Positions 11,794 through 21,057 of a stretch of 64,000 nt of DNA are shown piece by piece; position 1 is the stretch's first letter, and every line of letters begins with the position of its first letter. Source of the DNA: Betaproteobacteria bacterium (GTDB lineage: Bacteria; Pseudomonadota; Gammaproteobacteria; Burkholderiales; SG8-39); NCBI GenBank assembly GCA_005881575.1, contig VBCA01000036.1:1710-65709 (forward strand). The letters run 5' to 3'. Under the pieces are notes generated by a model. It was not told the DNA's origin and searched no databases. It saw only the letters and a list, made by a program, of their open reading frames with translations. Both the position numbers and the translations under genes were made by a program.

Positions 11794-11836
11794 ATTCAAA
11801 GCTCCTGGATTCGCGTTTTCGCGGGAATGGCACCCG

Positions 11837-14137
11837 TTACGCCGCCTTGTTGCGTGCTTCTTTTAGCGCGCGCCACAGTCGGTCCGGTGTCACCGGCATG
11901 TCGAGGTCGGTGATGCCGTGGGGCCGCACGGCATCCAGGATCGCGTTCATCGTCGCGCCGAGCGCCCCCGAGGTTCCCGATTCGCCCACGCCCTTGGAAC
12001 CGAGTGCATTCGCCTTCGTCGGCACCGCGTGCTCGTCGCAGCGGATGGCGGGCATCCAGTCGGCGCGCGGCATCGGGTAGTCCATGAAGCTGCCCGCGAG
12101 CAGTTGCCCGGTCTCGCTGTCGTAGATCGCATGCTCGCCGAGCACCTGCCCCACGCCCTGCAGCACGCCGCCGTGGACCTGGCCCTCGACGCTGGTGTGA
12201 TCCACGACGTTGCCGATGTCGTCCACGGTCGCGTAGTCGACCACGTCGATGACGCCGGTCTCGGGATCGATCTCCACCTCGGCGATATGGCAGCCGTTCG
12301 GGAAGGTCGCGCCGAACGAGCCTTCGGCGACGCAGTCCATCGGATGCGGTGACGCTCCCGCGAGTTTCTTCGCGAGATCGAAGAAAGCGATCGACTTGCC
12401 GCCGGCCCTGAATTGTCCGCCGCTGTACTCGACATCCGCGCCCAGGGCCGCCGCGGCGAGCGGCTTCGCCGTTTCGATGAGTTTGGCGACGAGTAGCTTC
12501 ACCGCGCTCCCCGCGCCGTAGAGCGAGCGCGAGCCGCCGGTGCCGTTGCCCACGACAGCGAGATCGAGGTTGCCCTCGTGGATGCGGATGCGCTCGCCTG
12601 CATTTTCGTCAATGAGGCCCAGGCCTTCGGAAAGGATGCGCACGAACGCGGTTTCGTGGCCCTGGCCGGTGGACTGCGACACGCAGCTTACGTGCAGGAT
12701 TCCCGACGCGTCGAAGCGCGCGTACGCCTGGTCCTTGGGCGCGACCCCTGCGGCGCTCGCCTCGAGGAAGGTTGCGATGCCGATGCCGCGCAGCTTTCCT
12801 TCGCGCTTCGCGCGCTCGCGCCGCGCCGCAAAGCCCTTCCAGTCGGCGAGCAGCAAAGCCTTGTCCATGACGGCCTCGAACTCGCCGCAGTCGTAGGTCG
12901 TGCCGTTCGCGGTCTTGTAGGGCATCGCCTCCGGCGGAATGAAATTCCTCCGCCGCAGTGCGATCGGGTCGAAACCGTGCTCGGCCGCGGCGAGATCGAC
13001 GAGGCGCTCGATCGCGCAGGCGATGTCGGGCCGTCCCGCGCCGCGGTAGGCCGAGACCGGAACGGCGTTCGAATAGGCGCAGCGCGTGTGCGCGTGCATC
13101 GCCGGGACCCGGTACACGCCGCCCATGGTGATGGTGATGTTGCGCGAGCCGATCTGCGGGCCGAAAGGCGTGGAGTAGGCTCCGAGGTCGGCGCAATCGT
13201 CGAAGCGCAGCGCCAGGAACTTTCCGTCGCGGTCGAGCGCGAGCTCTCCGGCGAGCGTGAGTCCGCGCCCGTGGTTGTCGGACAGAAAGATCTCCGAGCG
13301 CGTCGCCACCCATTTCACCGGGCGGCCGAGCTTTTGCGCCGCGAGCATCACCGCGACGTGCTCGGCATAGGAGAAACTGCGGATGCCGAAGCTCCCGCCC
13401 ACGAGCTCGGTGACGACGCGGATCTTCTCTCCGGGGAGGCCCGTGGCGGCGGCGAGAAACCCGCGCATGCCGTTCAAACCCTGGCTGGGCGAATAGACGG
13501 TGAAGACGCCGCTCGCCGCATCGAAGCTCGCGAGGAAGGCGCGCGGCTCGATCGGATTGCCGACCAGACGCTGGCTGCGCACCGTGAGCCGCGTTTTCAG
13601 GGCCGCTGCGGCGAAAGCGGCCCGCACCGCGGCGGCGTCGCCGGTCTCGTATTCGAAGGCGAGGTTGCCGGGGATGTCCTCGTGCAGCTGCGTCGCGCCC
13701 GGCCGCGTCGCCGCGTCGAAACCGATCGCGGCGGGAAGATCGCGATACTCGAGCGCGATTTCCTCGGCGGCGTCCTGCGCGAGCGCCGCGCTCTCCGCGA
13801 CCGCGAGGGCCACGGGCTGGCCGACGTAGTGCACCTTCTTGTGCGCGAGCGCGGGCCAGAAGGGTTTTTTCTGCTTCTGGCCTCCCACGCCCTCATACGC
13901 CACTCCGCCGGGAAGCGACTTCCAGCCGGACGCCGCATAGTCGGCGCCGGTGAGCACGAGATGCACGCCCGGCCGTGCGGCCGCGGCCGCGACGTCGGTC
14001 GAGACGATCTCGGCGTGCGCGCGGTCGGAGCGCAGGAAAAAGGCGTAAAGCTGGCGCGGAAGATTCCAGTCCGCGCTGTAGCGACCCTTGCCCTCGAGCA
14101 GGCGCGCGTCTTCGCGGCGTATCGTTCTTTCGGTCAC
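11837..14137 (-). CDS. Xanthine dehydrogenase / aldehyde oxidase / CoxL-family molybdopterin-binding large subunit
   Basis: About 766 aa from GTG 14137 (VTERTIRREDARLLEGKGRYSADW, a typical N-terminus for this family). It also has GGSFG, a GQGHET-like segment and C-terminal GVGESG motifs. ATG 14236 is an alternative start. Confidence 0.9.
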   Translation of the reverse strand: MTERTIRREDARLLEGKGRYSADWNLPRQLYAFFLRSDRAHAEIVSTDVAAAAARPGVHLVLTGADYAASGWKSLPGGVAYEGVGGQKQKKPFWPALAHKKVHYVGQPVALAVAESAALAQDAAEEIALEYRDLPAAIGFDAATRPGATQLHEDIPGNLAFEYETGDAAAVRAAFAAAALKTRLTVRSQRLVGNPIEPRAFLASFDAASGVFTVYSPSQGLNGMRGFLAAATGLPGEKIRVVTELVGGSFGIRSFSYAEHVAVMLAAQKLGRPVKWVATRSEIFLSDNHGRGLTLAGELALDRDGKFLALRFDDCADLGAYSTPFGPQIGSRNITITMGGVYRVPAMHAHTRCAYSNAVPVSAYRGAGRPDIACAIERLVDLAAAEHGFDPIALRRRNFIPPEAMPYKTANGTTYDCGEFEAVMDKALLLADWKGFAARRERAKREGKLRGIGIATFLEASAAGVAPKDQAYARFDASGILHVSCVSQSTGQGHETAFVRILSEGLGLIDENAGERIRIHEGNLDLAVVGNGTGGSRSLYGAGSAVKLLVAKLIETAKPLAAAALGADVEYSGGQFRAGGKSIAFFDLAKKLAGASPHPMDCVAEGSFGATFPNGCHIAEVEIDPETGVIDVVDYATVDDIGNVVDHTSVEGQVHGGVLQGVGQVLGEHAIYDSETGQLLAGSFMDYPMPRADWMPAIRCDEHAVPTKANALGSKGVGESGTSGALGATMNAILDAVRPHGITDLDMPVTPDRLWRALKEARNKAA

Positions 14138-14222
14138 GGATCGGCGGGACGGTGCGCGCGCAAAAGGCGCAATTGTCTCAAAACGCGGGCGGCGTGCAAA
14201 CCTCCGCGACGCGTAGCGCGCT

Positions 14223-14930
14223 TTACTCGCTCGCAAACAGCCGCATCAGCTCTTTCACTTCACTGGAGGGATTGACGAACTGGCAGCCCCAGCGCTGCGC
14301 GCTCGCGCCGTCGGCGAGCGCGAGGGGCCGGCAATGCCGCACCTCGAGGTCCACGCTCAGGCTGCCTTTTCCCGGGCGCTCGATTTGCCAGCCGCGGATG
14401 AGTGTCCCCGGCGCCGGGACGAGGTAGGCGCCGCGGACGAGCAGCCCCAGGCCGCCTTCGCTGATGTCCATGATCTGTCCTTCCAGCGCCACCCCGGCTC
14501 CGGCCGGGATCGCACAGTGCACGGGCATATCCAGGGGCACCGGCGCGCGCGGATGCGCGCGCTGCTGGCGGCTCACGGTGACCTTGGGGAAACCCATGCG
14601 GACCGAGCGCGCCCCCTCCTCGGTGACGAGCACCGGATCGGAAGCGGGGAACTCGATGTACATCCCGCCGAACTCGGCGACGAAGGTCACCTGCCGGCGC
14701 TCGAGCAGCGCGGGGATCGCGCCCCCGCCGGAGAGCGACTCGACGACGATGTACTGTCTCATCGGATCGACCGAGCGCAGCTTCCAGCGCGAGTCGGCGC
14801 CGCCCGCGAGGAGCGCCGCGAGCGGCTCGCGCCGCGCCATCAGCGCGCTCAGCACGCGCTCGACCTCGTCGCTCGAAGTGGAAACGAGGCCCGGGGAAAG
14901 GGTGATTGCGCGCGCGTCGGTGGAGCTCAT
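14223..14930 (-). CDS. YcgR-like c-di-GMP-binding PilZ-domain protein
   Basis: 235 aa with an N-terminal YcgR/PilZN-like half followed by the PilZ motifs RQQRAHPR (RxxxR) and MDISEGGLGL (DxSxxG). Confidence 0.85.
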   Translation of the reverse strand: MSSTDARAITLSPGLVSTSSDEVERVLSALMARREPLAALLAGGADSRWKLRSVDPMRQYIVVESLSGGGAIPALLERRQVTFVAEFGGMYIEFPASDPVLVTEEGARSVRMGFPKVTVSRQQRAHPRAPVPLDMPVHCAIPAGAGVALEGQIMDISEGGLGLLVRGAYLVPAPGTLIRGWQIERPGKGSLSVDLEVRHCRPLALADGASAQRWGCQFVNPSSEVKELMRLFASE

Positions 14931-14941
14931 TGCGGATCGTT

Positions 14942-15700
14942 TCAACCGCGGCCTATGAACGGCATCTTGGTCGCCATGATGGTCATGAACTGCACGTTGG
15001 TCTCGGGCGGGAGGTTCGCCATGTGCAGCACCGCCGCCCCGACGTGGTCGACGTCCATCAGCGGTTCCGGTCGAATCTCGCCGTTCGCCTGCGGCACGCC
15101 GTCGGCCATTCGCGAGGCGAGCGGCGTTCGCGCGTTGCCGATGTCGATCTGGCCGCAGGCGATATCGTACTTTCTGCCGTCGAGCGCGCTCGACTTGGTG
15201 AGGCCGGTGACCGCGTGCTTGGTGGAGGTGTAGGGCGCGGAGTTCGGCCGCGGCACGTGCGCCGAGATCGAGCCGTTGTTGATGATGCGCCCGCCGCGCG
15301 GGGTCTGGCTCTTCATGATCTTGAAGGCTTCCTGCGTGCACAGGAACATGCCGGTGAGGTTGGTGTTCACCACAGCCTGCCACTGCTCGAGCGTGAGGTC
15401 CTCGAGCATGATTTTGCCCGGTGTGCCGATTCCGGCGTTGTTGAAGAGCACGTCCAGGCGGCCGAACTTCTCCTTCGCGGCGGCAAACAGCGCCCGCACC
15501 GCCTTCGGGTCGGTGACGTCGGTCGGCACGACCAAGGCGCGCTCGCCCGCTCCCGAAAGCTTCGCCGTCTCCTCCAGAAGTTCCTTGCGTCTTCCCGCGA
15601 GCGCGACGCGGTAGCCGTCCTTGAGCAAGGCGAGGGCGACCGAGCGTCCGATGCCGCTGCCCGCGCCGGTGACGATGGCGACTTTTCCGGAGGAATTCAT
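14942..15700 (-). CDS. Short-chain dehydrogenase/reductase (SDR)
   Basis: ATG 15700 with a GGAAGGAA RBS. Motifs are TGAGSGIG cofactor binding, NNAG, and a catalytic Y-x3-K (YTSTK). Confidence 0.92.
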   Translation of the reverse strand: MNSSGKVAIVTGAGSGIGRSVALALLKDGYRVALAGRRKELLEETAKLSGAGERALVVPTDVTDPKAVRALFAAAKEKFGRLDVLFNNAGIGTPGKIMLEDLTLEQWQAVVNTNLTGMFLCTQEAFKIMKSQTPRGGRIINNGSISAHVPRPNSAPYTSTKHAVTGLTKSSALDGRKYDIACGQIDIGNARTPLASRMADGVPQANGEIRPEPLMDVDHVGAAVLHMANLPPETNVQFMTIMATKMPFIGRG

Positions 15701-15722
15701 TTTCTTCCTTCCCTGTTGATAT

Positions 15723-16457
15723 TCAGTGCACGGCCGCGAGCTGTCTCGCCCGTTCCACGTCGTCGGCGACACGCCTCGAACTGGCGAGCACGCGCTTGCG
15801 GGCGTTGGCCGCGACGGCTTCCTCCACGAGCAAGCCCGCGCCGACCTGCAGCGCAAGCTTCTTCCGGGTTGCGGGATACGACTCGAGCAGGCGACCGAAG
15901 GCATCGACGGAGATCCGGTAATCGAAATACTCCTTCTCCATGCGATCCTTGACGCGCACCGCCTCCTTGATCCAGTTTCCCGAGCGCCGGTTCGCCGTGC
16001 GCATGTGATCGCGCAGGGCCCGTTCGCTCGCCGAAACCTGGTTGTGATAACGGTGGCTCGCCGCCTGGTTACGCAGGATCTGCCTCACGGTGAGAATGTA
16101 CTCTTCGGCGGCGTCGACGAGCGCCCGGTTCGGAGAGGCGCTCATGCCGCGCAACTCGATCACGTGCTTGTCCACCTCCTGCGCCTGGTCGTCGAGCTTC
16201 ACCACCATCTGAGCCGTGTCCTCGGGCGCCGCTCCCGTTTCCACGGCGAGCGCTCCTTGCAGGCGCTCGCTCGAATCCTTCACGAGCGCGGTCACCGCTG
16301 TTTGCAGTTGGCTCTTGCGGTAAGCGCTGACGCCCCAGTAGCCCAGAGCCGAGGCGATCACCAGCGCGGCCAGGCCGAGGGCGGTGCTCCGCGTGGCCGA
16401 TCCGGGATGCATTGCCGCCTGTGCGCCGGTCAGGGCGCGATGGAGACGCGCGGGCAT
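15723..16457 (-). CDS. Hypothetical membrane-anchored, helix-rich protein
   Basis: 244 aa with a single N-terminal TM ([18 protein letters not shown]) followed by a long charged helical region. High GC3. No recognisable motif. Confidence 0.55.
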   Translation of the reverse strand: MPARLHRALTGAQAAMHPGSATRSTALGLAALVIASALGYWGVSAYRKSQLQTAVTALVKDSSERLQGALAVETGAAPEDTAQMVVKLDDQAQEVDKHVIELRGMSASPNRALVDAAEEYILTVRQILRNQAASHRYHNQVSASERALRDHMRTANRRSGNWIKEAVRVKDRMEKEYFDYRISVDAFGRLLESYPATRKKLALQVGAGLLVEEAVAANARKRVLASSRRVADDVERARQLAAVH

Positions 16458-16583
16458 TTCATGAACGCTAGGCTAACAAGCGAGGGTGAAGCGGTCAAAC
16501 TTCCGCATCCGGGCTGCGGATGCTCTTGGCATGGTACGCGACCGTCCGGCATGATTTAATGGCGGCTCCGGAGGGAGGAGGCC

Positions 16584-18146
16584 ATGGCTCTGCTGCAAGT
16601 GGTCGTGTTCTTGATGATGTGCGCAGTGGCGCTCGGGTGGGTGGCCCGGCATTTCAGATTTCCGTATCCGATCGCCCTCGTGATCGGGGGCGCGGCGCTC
16701 GGCTTCGTGCCGCGGCTGCCGCAGCTTCAGTTCGACCCGCAGTTCCTGCTCGTGCTCGTATTGCCGCCGATTCTCTACCAGGCGGCCCTGCTCACGTCCT
16801 GGCACGAGTTCAAGGCGAACATCCGCCCGATCGGGCTGCTCGCCATCGGTCTGGTGATCGCGACCACGCTCGCCGTCGGTGCGACCCTCAAGCTCCTCAT
16901 TCCCGACATACCATGGTCCGCTGCGTTCGTTCTAGGGGCGATCGTGTCGCCCCCCGACGCAGCGGCGGCGACCTCCATTCTTTCGCGGCTCAACATTCCG
17001 CGCAACGTGGTCACCGTGCTCGAGGGCGAGAGCCTAGTGAACGACGCCTCGGGCCTGGTGATCTACAAGTTCGCGGTGGCGGCGGTGCTCACGGGCGCGT
17101 TCTCGCTGTGGGAGGCGAGCATTCAGTTCGTCGCCGTCGCGGCCGGCGGCATCGCAATCGGCTTCCTGATAGGGCAGCTGTTCGTCTTCATCCACCGGTA
17201 TCTCGGAGATGCGTTCATCGAGGTGTTGACCACGCTCGCGGTTCCATACGTCGCCTATATCTCCGCCGAGTCGCTTCACGTGTCGGGCGTTCTCGCCGTG
17301 GTCGCGGCTGGCATCGTGCGCGGGCGCTACTCCCCGGAGATCGTCTCGGCCGAGATGCGCATCATCGCGCGCTCGGTGTGGAATCTGCTCGTGTTCCTGC
17401 TGAACACCCTGATCTTCATCCTCATCGGCGTGCAGCTGTCGGCAATCGTCGCGCGGCTCACCGACTATTCGGTGGGGGAGCTCTTTTTCTACGGTACGTT
17501 CGTGAGCGCGGTCGCGATCTTCGTGCGCTTCGCCTGGGTCTATCCGGCCACCTACCTGCCGCTCGTGCTGAGGGCCTTGCTCGGCGAGCAGGTCGCGCCG
17601 CCGCGGGAGGGGGAGGTGTTCATCATGGGCTGGTGCGGGATGCGCGGCATCGTGTCGCTCGCCGCCGCTCTCGCGCTGCCCCAGGCGCTGGAAGACGGAA
17701 GTGCGTTTCCCGAGCGCGACCTCGTCATCTTTCTCACCTTCGTAGTCATCGCGGTCACGCTCGTGTTGCAGGGCCTGACCCTGAAGCCTCTTATCCGCAT
17801 GCTCAAGGTGGGCCGGGACTGGAGCCTGCAGGAGGAGAAGCAGCGCGCCCAGATGGCGCTCGGCAAGGCGGCGATCGCCGCCATCGACGCCGTGGTGGCG
17901 AAAAGCGGCATCCCGAACGAGCTCGCCGAGCGCATCCGCGCCGAATTCGCCGAGAAGATCACGCTTTCGGTGCCCGAGGGGCTGGTGCTGCGGCACTCGG
18001 GCGCCGACGACGCGCGGCGTCTGAGGGACGCGGCGGTGAAGGCGGAGCGGCAGGAGCTGATTCGGTTGTGGCGGGAGAACCAGATCAGCGACGAGGTGCT
18101 GCACCATATCGAGGAAGACCTCGACTACCAGGAATCGCGCATCTAG
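16584..18146 (+). CDS. Na+/H+ antiporter (CPA1, NhaP-type) with a cytoplasmic C-terminal tail
   Basis: 520 aa, multi-TM, with LPPILYQAAL and VLEGESLVNDASGLV motifs typical of Na_H_Exchanger family proteins. Confidence 0.92.
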   Translation: MALLQVVVFLMMCAVALGWVARHFRFPYPIALVIGGAALGFVPRLPQLQFDPQFLLVLVLPPILYQAALLTSWHEFKANIRPIGLLAIGLVIATTLAVGATLKLLIPDIPWSAAFVLGAIVSPPDAAAATSILSRLNIPRNVVTVLEGESLVNDASGLVIYKFAVAAVLTGAFSLWEASIQFVAVAAGGIAIGFLIGQLFVFIHRYLGDAFIEVLTTLAVPYVAYISAESLHVSGVLAVVAAGIVRGRYSPEIVSAEMRIIARSVWNLLVFLLNTLIFILIGVQLSAIVARLTDYSVGELFFYGTFVSAVAIFVRFAWVYPATYLPLVLRALLGEQVAPPREGEVFIMGWCGMRGIVSLAAALALPQALEDGSAFPERDLVIFLTFVVIAVTLVLQGLTLKPLIRMLKVGRDWSLQEEKQRAQMALGKAAIAAIDAVVAKSGIPNELAERIRAEFAEKITLSVPEGLVLRHSGADDARRLRDAAVKAERQELIRLWRENQISDEVLHHIEEDLDYQESRI

Positions 18147-18161
18147 CTTGGAGGAGGTCCC

Positions 18162-19118
18162 ATGGTTCGCGTAGCTGTCTTTGCGCTTTTCGCGCTCGCC
18201 GCTCTGCCCTGCGCGGCACAATACCCCGACCGGAACGTGACCTTTCTCGCGAACTTTCCCCCCGGGGGCCTCGTCGACATCGTCACGCGCGTCGTCGCCG
18301 ACGGAATGAAGCCAAAGTTTCCTCACGGCATCACCGTCGTGAACAAGCCGGGCGCCGGGGGCGCGGTGGGCGTCACGGATCTGATCCAGGCGAAGCCCGA
18401 CGGCTACACCATCCTGCTCACGCCGCAGTCGTCGCTCGTCATCGCGCCGCAGATGAACCCGAAGCTCGCCTACAAGACGCCGGACGAGTACGACCCGGTG
18501 ATCAACGTGGTCGCCTACTATCCGCTGTTGGCGGTGACCGCCGACGCGCCGTGGAAGTCCATCCAGGACTTCGTCGCCGACGCGAAAGCGAACCCGGGCA
18601 AGATGCGCGTCGGGACGCCGGGTGAGGGCACGGCGAGCCACCTCAACCTCGAGGAGTTCATCTTCCGGACAGGGACGAAGATGATTCCGGTGCCTTACGC
18701 CGGCTGGGCGCAATCCTCGCCCGCGCTCCTTGGCAACCACATCGAGGCGGTGGTGGCACAGCCGGGCGAGGTCAAGCCGCTCGTCGACGGCAAGCGGATG
18801 CGCGTGCTCGCTGTCTTCCAGGAAAAGCGCCACCCGGCCTTTCCCGACACACCGACATCGAAAGAGTCCGGCTGGGACGTGGCGAACGGCGTGTGGTACC
18901 TGATCATCGCGCCCAAGGGCACGCCCGCGCCGATCGTGAAGCAGATTCACGACGCCGCCAAGGCGGTCGTCGACGACCCGGCGTTCGCGAAGACCATGGA
19001 CGCGCGGGGAGTGGATGTGGACTACCGCGCGGGGGACAAGCTACGCACGGATCTGTGGAAGGAGTACAAGCTGGACACGGAGATATTGAAGAGGATCGGG
19101 CTGGTCAAGGTGCGGTGA
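18162..19118 (+). CDS. Bug/TctC-family tripartite tricarboxylate transporter substrate-binding protein
   Basis: Signal peptide, then QYPDRNVTFLANFPPGG, VVNKPGAGG, KPDGYT and PYAG motifs typical of the Bug family. Confidence 0.9.
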   Translation: MVRVAVFALFALAALPCAAQYPDRNVTFLANFPPGGLVDIVTRVVADGMKPKFPHGITVVNKPGAGGAVGVTDLIQAKPDGYTILLTPQSSLVIAPQMNPKLAYKTPDEYDPVINVVAYYPLLAVTADAPWKSIQDFVADAKANPGKMRVGTPGEGTASHLNLEEFIFRTGTKMIPVPYAGWAQSSPALLGNHIEAVVAQPGEVKPLVDGKRMRVLAVFQEKRHPAFPDTPTSKESGWDVANGVWYLIIAPKGTPAPIVKQIHDAAKAVVDDPAFAKTMDARGVDVDYRAGDKLRTDLWKEYKLDTEILKRIGLVKVR

Positions 19119-19132
19119 AGAGGAGATACGCG

Positions 19133-20098
19133 ATGAGGCTCATCGTTGCAGCCGGCGCGCTCGCGCTCGCGTGCACGCCGCCCGCGGCGTTGGCTCAAGG
19201 CTATCCCGCCAAGCCGATCAGGATCGTGATCCCTTTCGTCGCCGGCGGGTCGTCGGATATCGTCGGCCGCGCGATCGGCTCCAAGTTCCAGGAATTCCTT
19301 CGCCAGCCGGCCGTGGTCGAGAACCGGCCCGGCGCCAACGGCGCCATCGCCGCCGAGTTCGTCGCCAAGTCCGACGCGGACGGCTACACCATCCTGGTGG
19401 GCTCGATCGGCGTGTTCTCGATCAACGCGGCGCTGTTCAAGGACCTGCGCTATCAGCCGCTGCGTGACTTTGCGCCGATCACGCTCGCGGTGACCACGCC
19501 CAACGTGCTGATCGCGAAGCCGACGCTGCCTGCGGATTCGGCAAGCGAGCTGGTCGAGCTTGCGAAGAAAAATCCCGGGCGCCTCGCGTACTGCTCGAGC
19601 GGCAGCGGCTCGTCGGACCACCTCACTGGCGAGGTGTTTCGCCAGAGCGCCAATTTCGCCGCGATCCACGTGCCCTACAAGGGCGGCGCCGCGTGCCAGA
19701 CGGACATCATGGGCAACCAGGTCGATTTCTCTTTTCAGAACCTGGGCGCGGTGACCGGCTACATCAAGGCCGGCAGGATGAAGGCGCTCGTGGTGACTGC
19801 GAAGGCGCGCCACCCGCAGCTGCCCAACGTGCCTTCGGCCGCGGAGGCGGGATACCCGGACCTGGTCGTCACCTCCTGGCAGGCGGTCGCGGCGCCGGCG
19901 AAGACGCCGCGCGACGTCGTGGCGAAGCTGAATGACGCGACCGCGCGCGCGCTGCGCTCGCCCGAAATCCGCGAGCGCATGACGCAGATCGGCTTCGACG
20001 TTGTGGCGGGCACGCCGGAAGAATTCGGCGCTTTCATGAAGGCCGAGATCGAGCGCTGGACAGCGGTGGTGAATCGCGGCGGGATCAAGCCCGATTGA
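19133..20098 (+). CDS. Bug/TctC-family substrate-binding protein
   Basis: ATG 19133. Motifs are AQGYPAKPIRIVIPFVAGGSSD, ENRPGANG, DADGYT, VPYKGG and a C-terminal EIERW. Confidence 0.9.
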   Translation: MRLIVAAGALALACTPPAALAQGYPAKPIRIVIPFVAGGSSDIVGRAIGSKFQEFLRQPAVVENRPGANGAIAAEFVAKSDADGYTILVGSIGVFSINAALFKDLRYQPLRDFAPITLAVTTPNVLIAKPTLPADSASELVELAKKNPGRLAYCSSGSGSSDHLTGEVFRQSANFAAIHVPYKGGAACQTDIMGNQVDFSFQNLGAVTGYIKAGRMKALVVTAKARHPQLPNVPSAAEAGYPDLVVTSWQAVAAPAKTPRDVVAKLNDATARALRSPEIRERMTQIGFDVVAGTPEEFGAFMKAEIERWTAVVNRGGIKPD

Positions 20099-20100
20099 GT

Positions 20101-21057
20101 TCAGGTTTCAGCCTCGGCACTGCGGCGTCCTCCGATCGCCTTCCACGCGGACAGGCCGCCTGCGACGTAGCGCGCGTCGAAGCCTTCCTTGCGCAGCGCC
20201 GCGGTCACGCCGCAGCCGACGTGAAAACCGTAGACGCAGTACACCAGGACCGGCTCCGACTTCGAGAGTTCGCCTGACCACTCTCCCACGCGCTCCGGGT
20301 CGCGCCAGGTCGCGCCGGCCATCGTGCTCTTTTCCAGCTCGTGGTATTTCGCCGGCCGCACGTCGATCACCTGCAGCGTTTCGCCCCCGGCCATCCGGTC
20401 GCGGATTGCTTCCACCGAAACGCAGGGCAGCTCGGTCTGCTGCGCGGCCATCCCCGCGCCGCGCTCGCCTTCGCCGGTCGCGGAGAGGTAGCGCAGTTCG
20501 GCGCGCGCCCAGTCGACGTTGCGCATAGCCGCGTCGATGTACGCGGCGGTATTCGCCCCGAAGTCGATGTGGTAGGCGTGCTCGTACATGTCGAGGGCGA
20601 GGATGGGCGTTCCGGTCGCGAGGTTTTGCGTGTGATCGAGCGCGTATTGATTCACCAGGCGCCGCTCGCGCGGGAGGTACACGAGCAGCACCCAGCCCGA
20701 GCCCGAGAGCGCTCGCGCCATCGCGGTGAACTCGTCGCGCCAGCGGTCGGCGCTGCCGAAGCTCTCCTTCAGGGCGCTCGCCATGCGCTCGGTGGGCTTG
20801 CCGTCTCCGCCCAGCGATGCAAAATAAAGCTCATGCAGCGCCATGGAATTGAGCGCGACCAGCTCGTCGCGCTTCAGGCCCGCGATCTGGAATTCCGGAA
20901 CCGTGGAGAAGTCGAGCGCGCGGAGTTTTTCGGTGATGGCGTTCAGGCGCTGCACGGCGCCGCCGTAGTTGGTCTCGTAGTGGCTGACGATGAGCCGGTC
21001 GGACAGGCCGTTCAGGAGCCAGGGCCTGCAGCCGATGGGTGCGATCGCGTAAGGCAT
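20101..21057 (-). CDS. Fe/Mn-superoxide-dismutase-like domain fused to a C-terminal rhodanese domain
   Basis: A single 318-aa ORF. The SOD-like part has SHYETNYGGAVQRLN, ALHELYF, GSGWVLL and DMYEHAYHIDFG. The rhodanese part has LQVIDVRP...VLVYCVYGFHVG...YVAGGLSAW with an active-site-position Cys. Confidence 0.85.
   Translation of the reverse strand: MPYAIAPIGCRPWLLNGLSDRLIVSHYETNYGGAVQRLNAITEKLRALDFSTVPEFQIAGLKRDELVALNSMALHELYFASLGGDGKPTERMASALKESFGSADRWRDEFTAMARALSGSGWVLLVYLPRERRLVNQYALDHTQNLATGTPILALDMYEHAYHIDFGANTAAYIDAAMRNVDWARAELRYLSATGEGERGAGMAAQQTELPCVSVEAIRDRMAGGETLQVIDVRPAKYHELEKSTMAGATWRDPERVGEWSGELSKSEPVLVYCVYGFHVGCGVTAALRKEGFDARYVAGGLSAWKAIGGRRSAEAET

Noticed and set aside
11527-11799. 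A 90-aa highly charged minus-strand ORF with two CX12C pairs, preceded by AGGAG. Considered as a small Cys-rich protein downstream of the molybdo-hydroxylase gene.
   Set aside because: It shares codon boundaries with a plus-strand frame that encodes three textbook TM helices, and antisense of TM-coding sequence characteristically yields Asp/Glu/Lys/Arg-rich ORFs. This is not fully excluded, so the locus is kept as an ambiguity in the findings.
16500-16522. A hairpin GCATCCG-ggctg-CGGATGC upstream of the antiporter gene, considered as a terminator.
   Set aside because: It has a 7-bp stem without a convincing U-tract on either strand. It lies between divergent genes, so terminator function is unlikely.
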